42,688 bases of DNA from a virus (Duplodnaviria; Caudoviricetes). The position numbers and the translations under genes are program-made. The DNA lies in the IMG/VR virus record IMGVR_UViG_3300033489_000234, positions 1-42,688 of that record; one strand, written 5' to 3'. Positions 17,907 through 25,586 of the stretch are shown here, in pieces. Within the stretch, counting starts at the first letter, position 1. Every line of letters begins with the position of its first letter. Under the pieces are notes generated by a model, which saw only the letters and a list, made by a program, of their open reading frames with translations, did no database searches and had not been told where the DNA came from.

Positions 17907-18385
17907 AAAGATTAATCGTAATTGTCTTATTACTCGGATTTGCAATCGCGGGATTCTCACAGAGTATCTGGAAACCCGTGCCAAAGAATCTATTTAAGAA
18001 GCCACTGACATCCGATTCACGCATACAGATACAGGGCGTGGGCGTTTGGCTTCCGCGCTGGACTGCCGGCGTATCGGCTACGCAACTCAACTATAATAAG
18101 GTAACAAAGAAACTCGAAATCGGCACGTTCTCAAAATATGGCGTTGGGCTTTCCTATGCGCATTATGTCGAAGTCGAGGGACTACCATACAATAATTTTT
18201 CCGTCAATGGCTTTATGTTCATACCAACTAATAATGACGCGAATGCATTCTCACTGGGACTGACGGTAAGCGCTCTCGATGTTTTTGGCATGAGTCTTCA
18301 GGCTGGTATCGACTTTGAGCCAGGAAAGATTAAATCTGATTATTTCCCTATAAGTCCATTACTCGGTGTGAAATATACGTTTTAG
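17903..18385 (+). CDS. Putative outer-membrane beta-barrel protein
   Basis: Signal peptide ...AGFS|Q; alternating beta strands; C-terminal LLGVKYTF beta-signal. Confidence 0.6.
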   Translation: MKRLIVIVLLLGFAIAGFSQSIWKPVPKNLFKKPLTSDSRIQIQGVGVWLPRWTAGVSATQLNYNKVTKKLEIGTFSKYGVGLSYAHYVEVEGLPYNNFSVNGFMFIPTNNDANAFSLGLTVSALDVFGMSLQAGIDFEPGKIKSDYFPISPLLGVKYTF

Positions 18386-18414
18386 GTTTTTTCATAGGTT
18401 AGGTTTAGGGTTAT

Positions 18415-18450
18415 GGGGGCTGGTTTAGTGATTTTCCAGCCTCCTTTTTT
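18415..18450 (+). terminator. Intrinsic terminator ending the late operon
   Basis: GGGGGCTGG / CCAGCCTCC stem followed by T6. Confidence 0.85.
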
Positions 18451-18524
18451 GTGTTTTGGGGTGAATACCATTCGCCCCTGCTGAGTGGCATTCGTCCCTT
18501 TTATGAAAAATAGTTGTAGAAACA

Positions 18525-18555
18525 TTTGTTTATATAAATAATAGCGTTACATTTG
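18525..18555 (+). promoter_or_regulatory. Bacteroidota primary-sigma promoter (early)
   Basis: TTTG (18525-28), 19-nt spacer, TACATTTG (18548-55) match the -33/-7 consensus TTTG-N19-21-TAnnTTTG. Confidence 0.85.
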
Positions 18556-18588
18556 TTACATAATAGTATTCACTAAAACCGCAAAGAA

Positions 18589-18780
18589 ATGAAAAACACA
18601 AAATCATTATTACCGCAAACTGGTATGAACTCTACAAGAATTGAATACCTGGAATCTACTATCGGTGATGACTATTGCCAAATAGTAATTAATGATAGAT
18701 TTTTTATGTATGTGAGAACTGATGAGGCAAATCAATTCAGAAATGATGTTATTGAATTGATAAGAAAATATGTTAAATAA
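18589..18780 (+). CDS. Hypothetical early protein
   Basis: First ORF after the promoter; 63 aa. Confidence 0.6.
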   Translation: MKNTKSLLPQTGMNSTRIEYLESTIGDDYCQIVINDRFFMYVRTDEANQFRNDVIELIRKYVK

Positions 18781-18840
18781 AACTTTGCGGTCGGGGTGGC
18801 GATAACCTCAAAGCCTCGTTACCGCTTAAAATAATTAACT

Positions 18841-19002
18841 ATGGAAGAATACACAAAGATTTTATTAAGACTGCCGAAAGATTTTGACTACAAACTGAAT
18901 CTCAGGTTGGCAGAATTGAAGCGCATGAATATCAAGCGCACCAAAGCTGAGGAGATAATAAAATTAGCACAGATAGGAATATTACATGATAAGATAGAAT
19001 GA
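18841..19002 (+). CDS. Ribbon-helix-helix (Arc-like) DNA-binding protein
   Basis: MEEYTKILLRLPKDFDYKLNLRLAELKRMNIKRTKAEEIIKLAQIGI; beta-strand LRLP followed by two helices; not in the ORF track. Confidence 0.6.
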   Translation: MEEYTKILLRLPKDFDYKLNLRLAELKRMNIKRTKAEEIIKLAQIGILHDKIE

Positions 19003-19178
19003 AAACACGAACCCTTCCTGCAATAGTTTTTGGCTACAATACAATGGTCCACATGACGCTTGTTACATTCAGGAACTGCAAGCAAATCTATCATATCCTC
19101 AATGCGAAGGGCTTCATAGTCCGGGTTCTGGGGAAGAACAATCATACCTATATGTCTGAAACGATAATATTGAACTGA
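18999..19178 (+). CDS. Hypothetical protein (59 aa)
   Basis: ATGA overlap; fills the gap to 19180. Confidence 0.55.
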   Translation: MKTRTLPAIVFGYNTMVHMTLVTFRNCKQIYHILNAKGFIVRVLGKNNHTYMSETIILN

Positions 19179-19179
19179 A

Positions 19180-19431
19180 ATGGAAAAGAAAAAATGTTAT
19201 GAATGTGTACATCGGTTGTCAATACCCGGAGATTGTCACTCTCGTTGCAATAATGTTAAAGCAAAAGTTGAAGGACATCCGCAGGGAATTAGAAACGGAT
19301 GGTTTATGTGGCCATTAAATTTTGATCCTGTATGGTTAATTTCTTGTGATGGTTTCTCTGATAATCCTGATGATAAAAAACCAAGAGTAGAACATGATCC
19401 ACTTATTGAAATATTATCACTTTTAAGATAA
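19180..19431 (+). CDS. Cys/His-rich hypothetical protein
   Basis: CYEC.H....GDCHSRC...GWFMWPLNFDP.W...C. Confidence 0.65.
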   Translation: MEKKKCYECVHRLSIPGDCHSRCNNVKAKVEGHPQGIRNGWFMWPLNFDPVWLISCDGFSDNPDDKKPRVEHDPLIEILSLLR

Positions 19432-19437
19432 TCACTG

Positions 19438-19635
19438 ATGGAAGCCCGTAAATGTCCTGACTGCAAGACGCTGACTTATTTTGACAGGGAACTGATAGAC
19501 AATGATCATCCGGAAGATGGTGAATGTCTTGTCTGCCAGCAATGCGGATATGCCATTTACCTGGAAGATGAAATGCAACAGGACTGGAGAAGATTTAAAC
19601 AAAATTCGAAAATAATAGAAAACAATGGAAAGTGA
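19438..19635 (+). CDS. Zinc-ribbon protein
   Basis: CPDC...CQQC. Confidence 0.6.
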   Translation: MEARKCPDCKTLTYFDRELIDNDHPEDGECLVCQQCGYAIYLEDEMQQDWRRFKQNSKIIENNGK

Positions 19636-20533
19636 TTTTATTGTATCTGGTAATATCAGGGAGTGTAATTATGGATCAGATGAATGGAGAGAGAAAAATA
19701 CTTATATTTCAAAATCTGGTCTCGTACGAATAAAAGAATCTCCGGCTCATTACAAAGAAGGAGAACCATTTATTGAGACTCCAGAAATTATTTTTGGCCG
19801 TATGTATCATTGTTTCATCCTTCAGCCGGAAAAATTTAAAAAAGATTATATTGTTTTTGATGATTCGAAAATTATTTCTGAATTAAAATCTAAAGGAATA
19901 AAAAGTCCCAAAGCTACTAATGAATATAAACACTGGTATGGAACTAAGATTTCAGAATACGAAGATAAATCATTGATTGAAAAAGATGATTATGAAAGAA
20001 TGATAGGTATGAAAGACAGACTTCTGCAACATCCTTATGCAAAAATGTTAATAAGTAATGGTTTGCCCGAACAGGGATTAATAGGGGAACTTGAAACAAA
20101 AGCCGGGAGAATAGGTATTAAATTAATTCCTGATTTAAGGAATGACAATAAGCGGATTTGTATTGAACTTAAAACGACTGTAAGAGCATCAAAAAGAGAT
20201 TTCCCAAAAGAGGCTGCTAATTATGATTATCATATTCAGGCTGCATTCTATTCTGATTTACTTGAACTTTTCTATGGAGATAACAGAGAAGTCAAGTTTA
20301 TTTTTATTGCCCAGGAAAAACGCAGACCTTATGCTTTTAACATTTTTGAGGCTGGACCTAAATTTATAGCTCAGGGTCGTTATGAATATGAATTGCTCAT
20401 GCAACTTTATAAATACTGTATAGATAATAATAAATGGCCAGGCTATCAATGTTTCTGTCCTAATAAATACGGTATTGTCGATCTTGAATTACCAACATGG
20501 TCTATTCAATCTATTGATTATTTTATATACTAA
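19625..20533 (+). CDS. RecE/ExoVIII-like PD-(D/E)XK exonuclease (DUF3799-like)
   Basis: ISKSGL...SPAHY, FG..YH..IL.P, PD....IELKTT, YHIQAAFY, WPGY. Confidence 0.85.
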   Translation: MESDFIVSGNIRECNYGSDEWREKNTYISKSGLVRIKESPAHYKEGEPFIETPEIIFGRMYHCFILQPEKFKKDYIVFDDSKIISELKSKGIKSPKATNEYKHWYGTKISEYEDKSLIEKDDYERMIGMKDRLLQHPYAKMLISNGLPEQGLIGELETKAGRIGIKLIPDLRNDNKRICIELKTTVRASKRDFPKEAANYDYHIQAAFYSDLLELFYGDNREVKFIFIAQEKRRPYAFNIFEAGPKFIAQGRYEYELLMQLYKYCIDNNKWPGYQCFCPNKYGIVDLELPTWSIQSIDYFIY

Positions 20534-21075
20534 TGGAAAATTTACCAAAATTACAGGATTTGCTTTCAGATATTGAAATGAAAGCTGAACAGAATGATTT
20601 GAATATATTACTTAATGCTCCTCCAAATCCGAACTGGATAAAAGATCATCCTTATGCAAAAGGAGTTAAGTATATTCCAATCGAACGGATAGAGTGGCTC
20701 TTAACACGAATTTTTATCCGATGGAATGTTGAATTGAAATCAGCACAACTTTTTGCTAATTCAGTTGTAGTGATTATCAGGCTTTATTATCATGATCGTC
20801 TATCAGATAATCTTCTCTGGCAGGATGGTATAGGGGCCTGTCCCCTTCAGACCGACCAGGGAGCCGGGGCAATTGAATTTAATAAGATCAAAAGCAATGC
20901 TATCATGCTTGCTGCTCCTGCTGCCGAAAGTTATGCAATAAAAGATGCTGCCGAAAAGATAGGCAAGATATTCGGGAAAGACCTGAACCGCAAAGATGAA
21001 ATCGGTTATAGCTCGCTTCAGAATGCTATTCAGAGAGAAGATAAACATAAAGAAATATTTAACGAAAATAAATAA
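20533..21075 (+). CDS. Rad52/Sak-like single-strand annealing protein
   Basis: KYIPI..IE..L..IF..W; DGIG; A.S.AIKDAA..IG..FG.DL; follows the exonuclease. Confidence 0.75.
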   Translation: MENLPKLQDLLSDIEMKAEQNDLNILLNAPPNPNWIKDHPYAKGVKYIPIERIEWLLTRIFIRWNVELKSAQLFANSVVVIIRLYYHDRLSDNLLWQDGIGACPLQTDQGAGAIEFNKIKSNAIMLAAPAAESYAIKDAAEKIGKIFGKDLNRKDEIGYSSLQNAIQREDKHKEIFNENK

Positions 21076-21079
21076 TAAT

Positions 21080-21439
21080 ATGGGAAATATATCTATTAAA
21101 ATCAACCTGACACAATTTCATTCAGTTATCAGACCGATGCCAACGCAAAGCGGAAAGATAGTTGATTGTATTGTATTGCCTATTGAGATCAATCATTTTT
21201 TCAAAGGTGAAAAGGGAGTTTATGCTGATCTTATTGCTTTTGAATTAAAGCAAAAGAAAGAAGGAATCAAAGATACTCATTCCATTAAACAGAGTTTTTC
21301 GAAAGATTACCTGGAAGCATTATCCCAGGAAGAAAAGAATGCACTTCCTTTTATCGGTGGATTAGTTGTATGGGATGAAAATCCAGCAAGTGAAAAACCT
21401 CCAATGGTGCAAAAAGAAGATGATGATCTGCCCTTCTGA
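21080..21439 (+). CDS. SSB-like protein
   Basis: Acidic C-terminal tail EDDDLPF; follows the annealer; start moved to ATG 21080. Confidence 0.7.
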   Translation: MGNISIKINLTQFHSVIRPMPTQSGKIVDCIVLPIEINHFFKGEKGVYADLIAFELKQKKEGIKDTHSIKQSFSKDYLEALSQEEKNALPFIGGLVVWDENPASEKPPMVQKEDDDLPF

Positions 21440-21849
21440 TGAAGAAGAAACTTCAAACGGAAGATGACCGCAACCAGGCAATAACTTCTTTGGTCAAAAT
21501 TGAATTAAAAGATGGTTGGTACTTTGAACTTTCAAAGAGGCGAAGGGTACGTACTATCAGTCAAAATAGATTAGAGAGATTATGGCTTGCTTGTATTGAA
21601 GCGGAAACAGGAAATGACAGTAATGAACTGCATGATTATTTTAAACAGAAATGGATTGCACCGAAAGAAGTTTTAATCTTTGGAGAAAAGAAATTGATCT
21701 ATTCGACAAGAGATTTAAATACAATCCAGTTCAAAAATTTCTTAGATAAAATACAAGTGTTTGCCAGTACGGAATTAAGTATCACATTACCAATTCCTGA
21801 AGATAAAAATTGGGATGCTTTTTATGAATCTTATAGAGATAAATTATGA
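21439..21849 (+). CDS. NinB-like recombination protein
   Basis: RTISQN...W...LHDYFK....STRDL....F..FLDKI...A.....LP.P. Confidence 0.7.
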   Translation: MKKKLQTEDDRNQAITSLVKIELKDGWYFELSKRRRVRTISQNRLERLWLACIEAETGNDSNELHDYFKQKWIAPKEVLIFGEKKLIYSTRDLNTIQFKNFLDKIQVFASTELSITLPIPEDKNWDAFYESYRDKL

Positions 21850-22382
21850 GTGAAAAATCTTTACACCGTGCAGTTTGCGATAGAGAAATATGGAAAGATA
21901 TTGCTGGTTATGAAAATCTTTACCAAGTTAGTAATCTTGGTAATGTTAGAAGTTTGCATTTTAATAATACCCCAAAAATACAACAATTAAAACCATGTAA
22001 AAGAAATGCCGGATATTTCTGCGTTAATCTAAGCAAAGAAGGGAAGGCATTAAAATATAATATTCACAGACTTGTAGCCATTGCTTTTATTCCCAATCAA
22101 GAAAATAAGAAAATAATAAATCACATTGATGGTATTAAGTCTCATAATTTAATAGATAATCTTGAATGGGTTACTCATGCTGAAAATGAATATCATGCTC
22201 AAATAAATAAACTTAAGGCCTCCGGAGAAAAACATGGCATGGCAAAACTTACGGAATTACAAGTTAGAGATATTAGAAAAATAAACTCACTTGGATTATT
22301 CTCTCGGAAACAAATATCAGAAGTATATAATATGACACCTGAATCAATAGGGAATATCTTAAATAATAAAAACTGGAAATAA
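21846..22382 (+). CDS. NUMOD4-HNH homing endonuclease
   Basis: EIWKDI.GYE.LYQVSNLGNVRS; IHRLVA.AFIPN...INHIDG.K..N...NLEWVT..EN. Confidence 0.92.
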   Translation: MSEKSLHRAVCDREIWKDIAGYENLYQVSNLGNVRSLHFNNTPKIQQLKPCKRNAGYFCVNLSKEGKALKYNIHRLVAIAFIPNQENKKIINHIDGIKSHNLIDNLEWVTHAENEYHAQINKLKASGEKHGMAKLTELQVRDIRKINSLGLFSRKQISEVYNMTPESIGNILNNKNWK

Positions 22383-22771
22383 TGAGGAACAATCAAGAAT
22401 ATCAATTATATAAAGCAGTTGCAATGTATTTAAGATTGCAATATCCTCATGTTTTATACCATTATGATCCAACAGGATTGGATCTATCTAAAACACAATC
22501 TGGTATGTTAAAAGCAATCCAGGGAGGAAAAGGTTTCCCTGACCTGATGATATACAAACCAAATGGAAGGTATCACGGTTTGTTTATTGAACTCAAAAAG
22601 GAAGGTACAAATATATACAAGAAGTCAGGTGCACCGGCAACACCACATATTGCTGAACAGGTTGAATGTCTTATGGATCTTCGTTCACATGGCTATAAGG
22701 CATTGTTTGCAGTCGGCTTTGAACAGGCAAAACAGATCATTGATGATTATTTGAATCCAGATAATGAATGA
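22382..22771 (+). CDS. VRR-NUC domain nuclease
   Basis: GFPDLMI......GLFIELK....Q...L...GY.A....GFEQA. Confidence 0.85.
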   Translation: MRNNQEYQLYKAVAMYLRLQYPHVLYHYDPTGLDLSKTQSGMLKAIQGGKGFPDLMIYKPNGRYHGLFIELKKEGTNIYKKSGAPATPHIAEQVECLMDLRSHGYKALFAVGFEQAKQIIDDYLNPDNE

Positions 22772-23186
22772 TATAATGGAAAACTATGAATTATATGTCT
22801 CTCCTGTTTTTATCAATCCTGTTAATGGCAGATTTCGCAAAGGGCATATTCCTTTTAATAAAGGTATTCCAACGAAAGAATGGATGGATGGACGTAAGAA
22901 AAGAAAAGTATTAAAGTGTCTTGAAATAGGGCGAAAATTAGGCAATAAACATTTAGCCGGATCAAATCGCAAGAAAGTAATTGCCATTAAAGATAATCAG
23001 ATGATTGCTTATTTATCTGCCGGACTTGCTGAAAGAATACTAAGACAAAAAGGTATCAGAATTAATCAACGAAATATTAATAAAGTCTGCCATGGAGACG
23101 ATAGACATAGAATAAGGGCCGGAGGTTATCAGTGGTTTTTCGCTGATGATATTGAAAAGTACAAAGATTTGATTGTTAACAACTAA
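22764..23186 (+). CDS. NUMOD3/NUMOD1-like DNA-binding protein without an evident nuclease domain
   Basis: GRFRKGHIPFNKG; NINKVC......AGGYQW. Confidence 0.6.
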   Translation: MNDIMENYELYVSPVFINPVNGRFRKGHIPFNKGIPTKEWMDGRKKRKVLKCLEIGRKLGNKHLAGSNRKKVIAIKDNQMIAYLSAGLAERILRQKGIRINQRNINKVCHGDDRHRIRAGGYQWFFADDIEKYKDLIVNN

Positions 23187-23229
23187 TTTTTGCAAATGAA
23201 AAGTAATTGTTTTATATTGCATCCCTAAT

Positions 23230-23361
23230 AAGTAGTGAGAAATGAAAAGATTACGTTTTAATCTGATACATAGCCTTCGGGCAAGAGATACCGTGCAAGG
23301 TTTCAGCTCACTACTTTTACCTACACGGTTTTCTTTTTGTCCGGAGGCTTTACTTTTTTGA
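23230..23361 (+). promoter_or_regulatory. Structured leader: 39-codon uORF (23242-23361) spanning a long hairpin whose loop is complementary to the uORF start region
   Basis: 16-bp stem 23272-23287/23334-23349; inner ACCGTG/CACGGT; loop CTCACTACTT (23307-16) is the exact complement of AAGTAGTGAG (23230-39); T-rich tail. Confidence 0.7.
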
Positions 23362-23362
23362 G

Positions 23363-24295
23363 ATGAATTTGGTAAAACAAAATATAACATTACCAGCAAC
23401 CATTGAAGGATTACATGAATTTATTCTTATTGGTAAGGAAAAATTAAAATTGCATAAAGCAAAAATTAAGGCAATCAATAATACAAATATGGCTGAAGAA
23501 GTATTGAAAATTGCATTACAGGATGGACAAGATGCTGGAATTTCTGTTATTTATGCTGAAGCACAATTAGGGGAATTACTGGAGAAGATACCAAAACAAT
23601 ATGATAAGCTGGGTAATACACAAAAAACTCACCTTTCCTCACTTCCTTCCGGTATTGACAAAAAAATTTCGCATGAAGCTCAGACACTTTCAAAAAATCC
23701 TGAAAAGGTTGAAGCAAGTATTACTAAATCCATTGAAGCTGGAAAGATACCAACTCCTGACACAGTTTATAAAGATATAAAAAAACCTCATGTCTCAAAC
23801 AATTCCGGAGAGAATGAATGGTATACTCCTATTGCAATCATAGAATCAGCAAAAAAAGTTATGGGTTCAATAGATTTAGATCCTGCATCTTCAGAATATG
23901 CAAATAAATATATTGTTGAAGCTAAAGAATTTTATGATATAGAATCCGATGGATTGAATCAAAAATGGTTTGGAAATGTCTGGTTAAATCCGCCTTATGC
24001 CCAGCCTTTAATTTCTCAATTTTCTGACAAGGTAATTACTGAACTTCCTAATATATCTCAGGCTTGTATTTTAACAAACAATGCAACTGAAACAGAATGG
24101 TATCAGCAAATGATGATAAAATGTGATGTTGTTTGTTTTATAAAAGGCAGAATAAAATTTATTGATATGAATGGAGAGGCATCCGGCGCACCACTTCAAG
24201 GACAAACTATAATGTATTTCGGAAGTAATAAATTGCAATTTTATAATGAATTTAAAAAATGGGGAATATGTCTGAAGAAAATTGAGGAGAAATAA
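23363..24295 (+). CDS. Phage Dam-family N6-adenine DNA methyltransferase with N-terminal helical domain
   Basis: EWYTP, IDLDPAS, DGL...W...VWLNPPY, GRIKF. Confidence 0.88.
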   Translation: MNLVKQNITLPATIEGLHEFILIGKEKLKLHKAKIKAINNTNMAEEVLKIALQDGQDAGISVIYAEAQLGELLEKIPKQYDKLGNTQKTHLSSLPSGIDKKISHEAQTLSKNPEKVEASITKSIEAGKIPTPDTVYKDIKKPHVSNNSGENEWYTPIAIIESAKKVMGSIDLDPASSEYANKYIVEAKEFYDIESDGLNQKWFGNVWLNPPYAQPLISQFSDKVITELPNISQACILTNNATETEWYQQMMIKCDVVCFIKGRIKFIDMNGEASGAPLQGQTIMYFGSNKLQFYNEFKKWGICLKKIEEK

Positions 24296-24681
24296 AATAT
24301 CTCAAAAGATATAAACAACTCATTTCCTATGAAGGTTTGGAAAGAATGAGAAAAATCACACCAACTGATATTGATGGTTTAATTGATTACAATGGTAATG
24401 CTTTTATTTTTCTGGAAGGCAAGTTGATTGATAAAAACATTGATTATGGACAAAAATTAGCACTTGAAAATATAATAAATGGACTTTGTGAATCAGGGAA
24501 GCCAGCTTGTTGTTTAGTATTTAGACATGATAAAAAGCCAGAAGAAATAATTATAGCAAAAGATTGTATTGTTTCTGAAGTCTATTATCAGCACAAATGG
24601 CGATATTATAATACAAAGAATGTTTTATATTATGTCCAGGAATTTGAAAATCATTGGTTAAAAATAGGAATATCATTATGA
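24268..24681 (+). pseudogene. PD-(D/E)XK-like protein with an in-frame TGA at codon 6 (or truncated start at 24337/24346)
   Basis: ATG TCT GAA GAA AAT TGA GGA GAA ATA... is in frame with ITPTDIDG....FIFLEGK. Confidence 0.5.
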
Positions 24682-25379
24682 AAGACCCAGCCGTCCTATT
24701 TTACACGCAAGACTTTATCACCGGCACTTTGCTGATGAATTATGAGCAGAAAGGCAAGTATATAACACTGCTTTGTATTCAACAGCAAAATGGCAAATTA
24801 ACGGAAAAGGATTTATTAAAGATTTGCGGAGGGAAAGACGATGATATTTGGGCAAAGTTTGACCAGGATGATGACGGGAAATTTTATAATAAAAGGATGC
24901 TTATCGAATCTGAAAGGAGAAAAAAATATGTTGAAAGCAGAAAAATTAATGCTAAGCATATGGATAAGCATATGGAATCTCATATGGAAATAAGAAATAA
25001 GAAATATGAAATAAGTAATAAGAAAGAAGAAAATGAAATACTATTAAAGAAGCGTGAAGAGAAATTCAGGAATGATGTTTACATTTTTACAAATGATCCA
25101 TATCCATTAACAATGCTTCAAAAGTTTTGTGACTATTGGACTGAAAAAAATAAAAGTCATACAAAAATGCTCTGGGAATTAAAACCAACTTTCGAGATAA
25201 GCAAACGACTTGTTACCTGGGCATCCAGGGATAATAACATAGTAAAGATTAAGAAGCAATTTACTCATGCTGAAATGCTGGATATGCTTAATAAGAATCC
25301 TGACTTTAAATGGGATGATTATAATACGATAAAAATTGATGGTGGAAAATGTGTTTATGAATTAAATAATGGAAGATAG
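24678..25379 (+). CDS. Replication initiator-like protein (DUF1376/YdaU-like N-terminus)
   Basis: MKDPAVLFYTQDF..G...M..EQKG.YI.LLC; central repeats; C-terminal F.DYWTE.N domain; ATGA overlap. Confidence 0.75.
   Translation: MKDPAVLFYTQDFITGTLLMNYEQKGKYITLLCIQQQNGKLTEKDLLKICGGKDDDIWAKFDQDDDGKFYNKRMLIESERRKKYVESRKINAKHMDKHMESHMEIRNKKYEISNKKEENEILLKKREEKFRNDVYIFTNDPYPLTMLQKFCDYWTEKNKSHTKMLWELKPTFEISKRLVTWASRDNNIVKIKKQFTHAEMLDMLNKNPDFKWDDYNTIKIDGGKCVYELNNGR
24957..25028. repeat. Iteron-like repeats inside the initiator gene (candidate origin)
   Basis: CATATGGA x3 at 12-bp spacing (24957, 24969, 24981), then GAAATAA-like heptamers. Confidence 0.6.
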
Positions 25380-25473
25380 ACTGATAACGATACTCACATG
25401 GGTTTTGGTAGGGATAATTTCATTTGTATTGATATATAATATTGGCGAGTGGATAATTAATAAACTGAAATAA
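25369..25473 (+). CDS. 34-aa TM microprotein
   Basis: MEDRLITILTWVLVGIISFVLIYNIGEWIINKLK; fills a gap in the ORF track. Confidence 0.55.
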   Translation: MEDRLITILTWVLVGIISFVLIYNIGEWIINKLK

Positions 25474-25474
25474 T

Positions 25475-25585
25475 ATGACAAACATTGAATGTATTACATT
25501 AATGGTAACGCTTATAGCGTTTATGGTATTCTTTTATAAGCTGGTTGAATTGGCAGAAAAACCAGAAAAACCTAAAAAGAAATGA
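25475..25585 (+). CDS. 36-aa TM microprotein
   Basis: MTNIECITLMVTLIAFMVFFYKLVELAEKPEKPKKK; tightly packed between neighbours. Confidence 0.55.
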   Translation: MTNIECITLMVTLIAFMVFFYKLVELAEKPEKPKKK

Positions 25586-25586
25586 G

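Noticed and set aside
18469-18498. CATTCG(C/T)CCC direct repeat as an att core or operator
   Set aside because: Only two imperfect 10-bp copies and no integrase; cannot be separated from chance
21882-22426. Group I intron (upstream exon would end in U, insert ends in G)
   Set aside because: The insert is fully occupied by the HNH ORF and a new start; no room for, or sign of, a P3-P7 ribozyme core
24283-24285. Genome-wide stop-codon reassignment
   Set aside because: TGA, TAG and TAA all terminate well-defined genes (many ATGA overlaps); no suppressor tRNA seen
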